Source of the DNA: Cyanobacteria bacterium P01_C01_bin.70
GTDB lineage: Bacteria; Cyanobacteriota; Cyanobacteriia; Phormidesmidales; Phormidesmidaceae
Length of the DNA: 64,000 nucleotides
Assembly: GCA_039026015.1 (NCBI GenBank)
Contig: JBCCNE010000001.1
Span: forward strand, 5,989-69,988
Direction of reading: 5' to 3'
In this document: in pieces, positions 28,447-36,900 of the stretch
Layout of the letters: each line of letters opens with the position of its first letter
How positions within the stretch are numbered: position 1 is the stretch's first letter
Made by a program: the position numbers and the translations under genes
The notes under the pieces: model-generated
Told to the model about the DNA's origin: nothing
Database searches by the model: none
The model's input: only the letters and a program-made list of their open reading frames with translations

Positions 28447-31400
28447 ATGAATACTCCTCTCTCAACCGGCGCAACGGCAGATGCTTATGACGTTCAACCC
28501 CGGCAGGTGCCGTATGTCCCCAAAAGTCAGGGTTTCTCCACTCAAACTCTGATTCCCTACAACATGGCCAGTGCGGCGCAGCAGGCGCTGGAACGATTTG
28601 AGCAACGCCATGGCAATATCGATGAATACTTGGCCACTCGTTTAGGCTATGGCTCAGTCGCTGAACTGCATCAGTACTTCAGCGCTGAGCAGGTGGATGC
28701 GGCTGCCCTGGCGATCGGAAATCTGGAACAGGGGGCCGGATTCATCACGGGCGACCAAACCGGCATCGGCAAAGGCCGCATCTGCGCCAGCATCATGCGC
28801 TATGCCCAGCATCAGGGGAAGATCGCCATCTCCATCACCAAGGATAAGCCGCTCTACGCTGACATGATGCGGGATGTTGGCGACATCGGGATACGACGAT
28901 TTACCCCCTTCATCACTGACACCAGTACCGAAATTCCCCTGGCGAATGGGGCCGCATTAAAGACGGCAGGGGCCGCCAAGCAAAAGAAAGAAATGCAGGC
29001 GATGATGCAGCGGGGAAACCTGGGGCATTACAGTGCAGTGTTTACCACCTACAGCCAGCTCCAAACGGTGGGTAAGAAGGAACCCCTGCGGCGCAACTTC
29101 CTGCGCCAGATGGCTCCCAACGCCATCTTGATTCTGGACGAAGCTCACCAGGCGGGTGGCAGCAAGGGCGGGTGGAAAGAAGCGGGACCACCAGATCGAG
29201 CTAACTTTGTGCGGGAGTTGATCGACCTGTCCTCCGGGGTGTTCTACTCATCAGCTACCTATGCTAAACGGCCTGACGTGATGGATCTCTACGCTCGGCG
29301 CACCGATTTGCGACTGGGGGTCAGCAGCATGACCGCATTGGAGAACATCCTCACCCATGGTGGCGTGCCCTTGCAGCAGATTGTCGCCAGCAAATTCGTT
29401 GCCTCAGGGCAGATGCTCAGGCGAGAGCGCTCCTACGAGGGCATTTCCTTTCAGGCAACAACGGTGCCGGTGGATCGGGCCGTCGCCGATGACTTTTCAG
29501 CAGCGATGCGGGCCATCAAAGACTTTGATCGAGCCAAACAGAAAGCGGTCAAAACCATCAGCAAAGAACTGAAAGCCGAAGCCAAAGCGCTGGGAGAGGA
29601 TGGGGCGATCGGTGAGGTGGGGGCGAAGAGTACGAACTTTACCTCCTTGATGCACAACTGCATTGAGCAGGGGCTGTTGGCGCAGAAAGCGGATGCTACC
29701 GTACAAGCCGCGATCGCCGCACTACAAAAGGGTGAAAAGCCGGTCATCACCGTTGCCAACACCATGGGCAGTTTCATCCAGGCGTATGCCGATGCCCAAG
29801 GCTTGAATCCCGGCGATGAACTGAATCTCTCCTTTGGCAACTTGCTAGAGCGATATCTAGACCGCTCCCGCGATGTCGTCGTGAAAGACTATCGGGGCAA
29901 AGCGACGCGATCGCGCCTCACCGACGAACAACTAGGAGCTGAGGGCGTGCTGGCTTACGAAGCGGCCCTGGACGCGATTCGAGAAGCGGACTTCAGTGGC
30001 ATTCCCATTAGCCCGATTGACTACATTGAACAGCAGCTAGAGCGAACTGGGTATCGCGTCACGGAAGTCACCGGACGCAAAGCGGGCATCGAATACGCTG
30101 CCGATGGCTCCATGACTTACCGTCTGCGGGCTGATCAGGAGACGACGGCCAAGGGCAAGATTGATGCAGTCGCCAAATTTAATGCGGGCGATGCTGATGT
30201 CATTCTGTTGAACTGCTCCGGGTCCACGGGGATTTCGCTCCATGCTTCGGAGAAGTTTGCGGACCAGCGTCCCCGCCACATGATTGTGGCTCAGGCTGAG
30301 CGGGACATCAATGTGTTCATGCAGATGCTGGGGCGCGTGCATCGTACCGGGCAGGTGGCCTTGCCGAGCTACACATTGCTGATGGGGGACTTGCCTGCTG
30401 AAAAGCGGCCCGGCGCAATTCTCTGTCGCAAGATGGCCAGCCTCAACGCCAACACCACAGCAGCACGGGAGACCGATATCTCGTTCAATACCGTGGTGGA
30501 TTTTATGAATCCCTACGGCGAACAGGTGATCACTGAACTGCTAAATGACGACCCGGAACTTAACGCCCAGCTGGATTTCCCGGTGGCTCAGGCAGACAAC
30601 GATGCCTCCAATATCGCTCTGATTAAGAAGGTCACAGGGCGGATTCCATTGCTGTCGATCGCAGAGCAAGAAGCCCTCTACAGCTTGATTGAGTCAGAGT
30701 ACCGGGACTTGGTAGACCAGGCGCGGGCGATGGGTGAAAACATCCTGGAAGCGGATCAGCTGGATTTGGATGCTCGGCCCCTCGCAAGAATGGAGGCGAT
30801 CTCTGACAACAGTAATACGCCCAGCGAGTTTACCGGGCCGGTGTATCTGGAAGTGGTAGATGCCAAGAGTCAGACCAAGCCGCTAACCCAAGTGCAGATG
30901 ATCAATGCGGTGCGGGAGTCAGTCGGGTTAGAGACGGTGAAAGCGGTGGAGCTTCATGATCCGGGCGCGGTGGCAGAGCGGACAAGACAGCAGGCTAACA
31001 GCGCGCTCGCCTCCCTCCAAACTGAAACGGAGCAATACCGGCAAATCGCACTCGCTGGCAAGCAGGACCCGAAAGCCAGGGACAAGCTGAACGATCGCCT
31101 CGACCAACAGCTCATTCATGTCACCCAAGTGCTGGGGGAATTCCCTCCGGGGACGCCGCTCCGCTTAGTTACTCCAGCCAGCCAAACCATTTTCTATGGC
31201 GTGGTGGCCAGCGTTGATGCCAAGCCGCGATCCGGTAGTCCTGCGGCACCGAATCGCTGGAAGATCCGGATTCTGCTGGCTGACTCCGTCAGGCAACTGA
31301 CAGTGCCTCTTTCCAAGTTCAATACCGGACGCAGTGGGGCATTGGTGGCCACGGTGCAGACCGAGGATTGGTTGGGCAATGATGTCTATGGCTTGTTCGA

Positions 31401-33837
31401 CCAGCAACAGTCCGCTGGCCGCATGAACCGGCAGATTTTTACCGGCAACCTGATCAAAGCCTTCGAGAAGTACCCCAGCGGCAAGTTGGTGAACTACACC
31501 GACTATAAATGCCGGGTGCGTCAGGGGCTGATGATGCCCAAGGGCTTTGATATTCAAGATGAAATCAAGCAGGAGCCGGTGGCTTTCAGCACGCCACAGC
31601 AGGTGATCCAGTTCATCGCCCAAGAGACTGATCGCCGGGGCATCGTCAAAACCCTCGATGAACTCCTCATCCTGAAAGCTCAATTCAACGGTGATGGCTT
31701 TGTGTTGCAGACTCCGAAGTCCAAGGAGTCTGGCGGCAGATATTTCTTAGATGAAGGGTTGATTACAGCAGCCGGGTCAGATTTCTATTCGGTGGGCAAT
31801 TCTCGTACCGAGAGGCTGCGCCAACGCATGGAAGTCGTCATTCCTCCGGCTCGATTGGAGCAAATTTTGGCGGTGCTGATGCATCAGCGCCACTACACTC
31901 TGGCCTCCTTTGAGTCGAAGGATATTGCCCGTAAGTTGCTGGGGGTGTCTTTGCCCAAGCTGGAAACCGTTGAGGCCCCTGCCCCTGAACCACGACGAGT
32001 AATCGAACCGCCTCCTGCAACGCCTAGCCCCAGCCCAGTCGGCCAAGCACCAGCCCCGCCCATTAAGCTAATGGGTCAGTTAGAAAGGCGCATCCTGAAA
32101 TTCCTCCGCGAGGCTGGCATCGAAGACGCGGTGATGCATACTGACGAGTTCCACATGCGCATTGAAAATGAGCCCTACATTCCGCTGGTTGTCGAGCGCC
32201 AGGGAGATGAGCTTTATCTGACTCACTATCTGACCCAAAACGGCGACATGTTCATTGATGCCGAGATGGTGTTCACGGTGTTGCCAGAAGGGCAATTGCG
32301 GTTCAAGGAAACGGCAGTGCAGAGCCTGGTTGGCGGCGAATCTCGTCGGCCTGACCGTAGTTTCGCCCAGATGTTCTCCAAGAATATTGTGAACCAGGGT
32401 TTTGCCACAGCCGCAAAAGTTCAACTTCAGGGTCAATCACAGCGGAGAGAAGCAGCCGCAGGGAGTGAGCTGCCGGAATTTCAGGAACAGAACTTGTTTG
32501 ATGTCGATGCCTTCGCCGCAGGATCTTCCAACGCTCCATCATCAGAGACAGATCCCTGGTCAGCCTCCCCAGCTCCCCCATCTTCTTCACCATCCACTCA
32601 CTCTCCACCATCTCACCCTCTCCACCGCCCCGCACTCACCTCACCCCTACCAGCCCCCTCCCTGAAAGAAATCGCGGATGAAGTGCGCGAAGCCGATTTG
32701 GAGGCCGTAGCTGCGAATCTTGGATTGGAATTGGATCGCTACGACAAACACAAGTGGCGAGACGGTGATCACATCATCAGCATTAGCGGGCCTTTATTTA
32801 TGGATTGGCTGGCAGATCAGGGTGGTCGGGGTGCGATCGATCTGGTGATGCATGTTCAACAGATTGAGTTCAAAGAGGCTGTCGAATGGCTATCAGGGCA
32901 AGACTTGTCTCAGCGTCCGGCCCATATTCGGGTTCATGCTCAGGCTGAGGAACGAGAGCCTCGGCAACTCGTCATGCCAGATTCCAGCGAATATCGTTGG
33001 CAAGCGGTTCGAGAATATTTGGTGGAGACTCGCAAGTTACCCGCCGCACTAATTGATCGCCTCCATGAGCGCGGCTTGATATATGCCGATAACCACCAGA
33101 ATGCAGTCTTTGTCCGCCACAGCCTCAAGAAAAGTACCTGGGCGCGGGGCGAGGTAACGGGAGCGAGCTTGCGCGGCACTTGGGGTGAAGACAACCATTA
33201 TCATGGGATGGTTCCGGGGTCGGCCAGAGATCAGGGATGGTTTTGGATTGGGGCGGGGCGAGGGGCTGTGCAGCGGGTGTTGCTGACGGAATCGCCGATT
33301 GATGCCATGTCGCTGGCAGTATTAGACAAAGAGCGGCCAACTCAGGCGGGGGTGACGATTTATCTGTCGAGTGACGGCTCTGGCGGCGTCCCTAAGGAAG
33401 CATTGAAGACGGTTTTAGCTCAGAGTGGTCATGTAACTGCAGCGTTCGATGCTGACCGAGCAGGTGAGTTGATGGCGTGGCAGCTGGCGCAACAACTGCC
33501 GGGGGTGGCACGGTTAGCGCCTGAGCAGGACAAAGATTGGAATATGCAGTTGGTGCATCCGCAAGGGAGAGACGCTGGGCAACAGAAACATTTCGACCTG
33601 GGGCAGCTTTGGCGCTGGCATGGGGCGGCCAATAGCTTGGGAAGGTCAGAGGGCTACTTGAGCCGGATTACGGAGGTGGCTAGGGAGATTGTTGAGGGAG
33701 CGGCGCTGTCGGCAAAGGCCAAAGTCACTATGGAGAGAGACTTTAATGCTGCTGCCGATGTTGGAAAAAAGGCAACGCCGGAGTCAAGTTTGGACATGAA
33801 GATAGAACGATTTCCAGGTCTGGAAATGGAAAGTTAA
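28447..33837 (+). CDS. Strawberry-notch-family SF2 helicase fused to DUF3991/Toprim primase-like domains
   Basis: GDQTGIGKGR, FTTYSQL, ILDEAH, SSATY, TGISLHA, QMLGRVHRTGQ; C-terminal GRGAIDLV, YLVETRKLP, LTESPIDAMS, AFDADRAG, KDWN; AGGAG RBS before ATG 28447. Confidence 0.9.
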   Translation: MNTPLSTGATADAYDVQPRQVPYVPKSQGFSTQTLIPYNMASAAQQALERFEQRHGNIDEYLATRLGYGSVAELHQYFSAEQVDAAALAIGNLEQGAGFITGDQTGIGKGRICASIMRYAQHQGKIAISITKDKPLYADMMRDVGDIGIRRFTPFITDTSTEIPLANGAALKTAGAAKQKKEMQAMMQRGNLGHYSAVFTTYSQLQTVGKKEPLRRNFLRQMAPNAILILDEAHQAGGSKGGWKEAGPPDRANFVRELIDLSSGVFYSSATYAKRPDVMDLYARRTDLRLGVSSMTALENILTHGGVPLQQIVASKFVASGQMLRRERSYEGISFQATTVPVDRAVADDFSAAMRAIKDFDRAKQKAVKTISKELKAEAKALGEDGAIGEVGAKSTNFTSLMHNCIEQGLLAQKADATVQAAIAALQKGEKPVITVANTMGSFIQAYADAQGLNPGDELNLSFGNLLERYLDRSRDVVVKDYRGKATRSRLTDEQLGAEGVLAYEAALDAIREADFSGIPISPIDYIEQQLERTGYRVTEVTGRKAGIEYAADGSMTYRLRADQETTAKGKIDAVAKFNAGDADVILLNCSGSTGISLHASEKFADQRPRHMIVAQAERDINVFMQMLGRVHRTGQVALPSYTLLMGDLPAEKRPGAILCRKMASLNANTTAARETDISFNTVVDFMNPYGEQVITELLNDDPELNAQLDFPVAQADNDASNIALIKKVTGRIPLLSIAEQEALYSLIESEYRDLVDQARAMGENILEADQLDLDARPLARMEAISDNSNTPSEFTGPVYLEVVDAKSQTKPLTQVQMINAVRESVGLETVKAVELHDPGAVAERTRQQANSALASLQTETEQYRQIALAGKQDPKARDKLNDRLDQQLIHVTQVLGEFPPGTPLRLVTPASQTIFYGVVASVDAKPRSGSPAAPNRWKIRILLADSVRQLTVPLSKFNTGRSGALVATVQTEDWLGNDVYGLFDQQQSAGRMNRQIFTGNLIKAFEKYPSGKLVNYTDYKCRVRQGLMMPKGFDIQDEIKQEPVAFSTPQQVIQFIAQETDRRGIVKTLDELLILKAQFNGDGFVLQTPKSKESGGRYFLDEGLITAAGSDFYSVGNSRTERLRQRMEVVIPPARLEQILAVLMHQRHYTLASFESKDIARKLLGVSLPKLETVEAPAPEPRRVIEPPPATPSPSPVGQAPAPPIKLMGQLERRILKFLREAGIEDAVMHTDEFHMRIENEPYIPLVVERQGDELYLTHYLTQNGDMFIDAEMVFTVLPEGQLRFKETAVQSLVGGESRRPDRSFAQMFSKNIVNQGFATAAKVQLQGQSQRREAAAGSELPEFQEQNLFDVDAFAAGSSNAPSSETDPWSASPAPPSSSPSTHSPPSHPLHRPALTSPLPAPSLKEIADEVREADLEAVAANLGLELDRYDKHKWRDGDHIISISGPLFMDWLADQGGRGAIDLVMHVQQIEFKEAVEWLSGQDLSQRPAHIRVHAQAEEREPRQLVMPDSSEYRWQAVREYLVETRKLPAALIDRLHERGLIYADNHQNAVFVRHSLKKSTWARGEVTGASLRGTWGEDNHYHGMVPGSARDQGWFWIGAGRGAVQRVLLTESPIDAMSLAVLDKERPTQAGVTIYLSSDGSGGVPKEALKTVLAQSGHVTAAFDADRAGELMAWQLAQQLPGVARLAPEQDKDWNMQLVHPQGRDAGQQKHFDLGQLWRWHGAANSLGRSEGYLSRITEVAREIVEGAALSAKAKVTMERDFNAAADVGKKATPESSLDMKIERFPGLEMES

Positions 33838-33957
33838 CAAGCCTGGAAGTTTTTGAAAACGAAATTTATATCAAAGCGAAAACGGCGATTTTGTACATGT
33901 ACAAAATCGCCGTTTTCGCTTTGATATAAATTTCGTTTTCAAAAACTTCCAGGCTTG
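33838..33957. other. Palindrome apex; candidate hairpin telomere / telomere-resolution site
   Basis: AT-rich intergenic 60+60 bp, zero-length loop, alternating purine-pyrimidine core TGTACATGTACA, GAAAACG boxes at 33855 and 33878. Confidence 0.5.
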
Positions 33958-36900
33958 TTAACTTTCCATTTCCAGACCTGGAAATCGTTCTATCTTCATG
34001 TCCAAACTTGACTCCGGCGTTGCCTTTTTTCCAACATCGGCAGCAGCATTAAAGTCTCTCTCCATAGTGACTTTGGCCTTTGCCGACAGCGCCGCTCCCT
34101 CAACAATCTCCCTAGCCACCTCCGTAATCCGGCTCAAGTAGCCCTCTGACCTTCCCAAGCTATTGGCCGCCCCATGCCAGCGCCAAAGCTGCCCCAGGTC
34201 GAAATGTTTCTGTTGCCCAGCGTCTCTCCCTTGCGGATGCACCAACTGCATATTCCAATCTTTGTCCTGCTCAGGCGCTAACCGTGCCACCCCCGGCAGT
34301 TGTTGCGCCAGCTGCCACGCCATCAACTCACCTGCTCGGTCAGCATCGAACGCTGCAGTTACATGACCACTCTGAGCTAAAACCGTCTTCAATGCTTCCT
34401 TAGGGACGCCGCCAGAGCCGTCACTCGACAGATAAATCGTCACCCCCGCCTGAGTTGGCCGCTCTTTGTCTAATACTGCCAGCGACATGGCATCAATCGG
34501 CGATTCCGTCAGCAACACCCGCTGCACAGCCCCTCGCCCCGCCCCAATCCAAAACCATCCCTGATCTCTGGCCGACCCCGGAACCATCCCATGATAATGG
34601 TTGTCTTCACCCCAAGTGCCGCGCAAGCTCGCTCCCGTTACCTCGCCCCGCGCCCAGGTACTTTTCTTGAGGCTGTGGCGGACAAAGACTGCATTCTGGT
34701 GGTTATCGGCATATATCAAGCCGCGCTCATGGAGGCGATCAATTAGTGCGGCGGGTAACTTGCGAGTCTCCACCAAATATTCTCGAACCGCTTGCCAACG
34801 ATATTCGCTGGAATCTGGCATGACGAGTTGCCGAGGCTCTCGTTCCTCAGCCTGAGCATGAACCCGAATATGGGCCGGACGCTGAGACAAGTCTTGCCCT
34901 GATAGCCATTCGACAGCCTCTTTGAACTCAATCTGTTGAACATGCATCACCAGATCGATCGCACCCCGACCACCCTGATCTGCCAGCCAATCCATAAATA
35001 AAGGCCCGCTAATGCTGATGATGTGATCACCGTCTCGCCACTTGTGTTTGTCGTAGCGATCCAATTCCAATCCAAGATTCGCAGCTACGGCCTCCAAATC
35101 GGCTTCGCGCACTTCATCCGCGATTTCTTTCAGGGAGGGGGCTGGTAGGGGTGAGGTGAGTGCGGGGCGGTGGAGAGGGTGAGATGGTGGAGAGTGAGTG
35201 GATGGTGAAGAAGATGGGGGAGCTGGGGAGGCTGACCAGGGATCTGTCTCTGATGATGGAGCGTTGGAAGATCCTGCGGCGAAGGCATCGACATCAAACA
35301 AGTTCTGTTCCTGAAATTCCGGCAGCTCACTCCCTGCGGCTGCTTCTCTCCGCTGTGATTGACCCTGAAGTTGAACTTTTGCGGCTGTGGCAAAACCCTG
35401 GTTCACAATATTCTTGGAGAACATCTGGGCGAAACTACGGTCAGGCCGACGAGATTCGCCGCCAACCAGGCTCTGCACTGCCGTTTCCTTGAACCGCAAT
35501 TGCCCTTCTGGCAACACCGTGAACACCATCTCGGCATCAATGAACATGTCGCCGTTTTGGGTCAGATAGTGAGTCAGATAAAGCTCATCTCCCTGGCGCT
35601 CGACAACCAGCGGAATGTAGGGCTCATTTTCAATGCGCATGTGGAACTCGTCAGTATGCATCACCGCGTCTTCGATGCCAGCCTCGCGGAGGAATTTCAG
35701 GATGCGCCTTTCTAACTGACCCATTAGCTTAATGGGCGGGGCTGGTGCTTGGCCGACTGGGCTGGGGCTAGGCGTTGCAGGAGGCGGTTCGATTACTCGT
35801 CGTGGTTCAGGGGCAGGGGCCTCAACGGTTTCCAGCTTGGGCAAAGACACCCCCAGCAACTTACGGGCAATATCCTTCGACTCAAAGGAGGCCAGAGTGT
35901 AGTGGCGCTGATGCATCAGCACCGCCAAAATTTGCTCCAATCGAGCCGGAGGAATGACGACTTCCATGCGTTGGCGCAGCCTCTCGGTACGAGAATTGCC
36001 CACCGAATAGAAATCTGACCCGGCTGCTGTAATCAACCCTTCATCTAAGAAATATCTGCCGCCAGACTCCTTGGACTTCGGAGTCTGCAACACAAAGCCA
36101 TCACCGTTGAATTGAGCTTTCAGGATGAGGAGTTCATCGAGGGTTTTGACGATGCCCCGGCGATCAGTCTCTTGGGCGATGAACTGGATCACCTGCTGTG
36201 GCGTGCTGAAAGCCACCGGCTCCTGCTTGATTTCATCTTGAATATCAAAGCCCTTGGGCATCATCAGCCCCTGACGCACCCGGCATTTATAGTCGGTGTA
36301 GTTCACCAACTTGCCGCTGGGGTACTTCTCGAAGGCTTTGATCAGGTTGCCGGTAAAAATCTGCCGGTTCATGCGGCCAGCGGACTGTTGCTGGTCGAAC
36401 AAGCCATAGACATCATTGCCCAACCAATCCTCGGTCTGCACCGTGGCCACCAATGCCCCACTGCGTCCGGTATTGAACTTGGAAAGAGGCACTGTCAGTT
36501 GCCTGACGGAGTCAGCCAGCAGAATCCGGATCTTCCAGCGATTCGGTGCCGCAGGACTACCGGATCGCGGCTTGGCATCAACGCTGGCCACCACGCCATA
36601 GAAAATGGTTTGGCTGGCTGGAGTAACTAAGCGGAGCGGCGTCCCCGGAGGGAATTCCCCCAGCACTTGGGTGACATGAATGAGCTGTTGGTCGAGGCGA
36701 TCGTTCAGCTTGTCCCTGGCTTTCGGGTCCTGCTTGCCAGCGAGTGCGATTTGCCGGTATTGCTCCGTTTCAGTTTGGAGGGAGGCGAGCGCGCTGTTAG
36801 CCTGCTGTCTTGTCCGCTCTGCCACCGCGCCCGGATCATGAAGCTCCACCGCTTTCACCGTCTCTAACCCGACTGACTCCCGCACCGCATTGATCATCTG

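Larger units (their letters stand above)
2654..33897. mobile_element. Remnant integrative/conjugative island, probably tRNA-Cys-targeting; far boundary not seen
   Basis: Lies upstream of the tRNA-Cys 3' fragment; carries TA, conflict genes, conjugation remnants and a helicase-primase; no housekeeping genes. Confidence 0.6.

Noticed and set aside
32560-32665. C/T-rich stretch as a DNA repeat element
   Set aside because: It is an in-frame Pro/Ser/His linker of the helicase gene
28447-33837. DarB-like methyltransferase-helicase
   Set aside because: No SAM-binding or NPPY/F motif precedes the helicase
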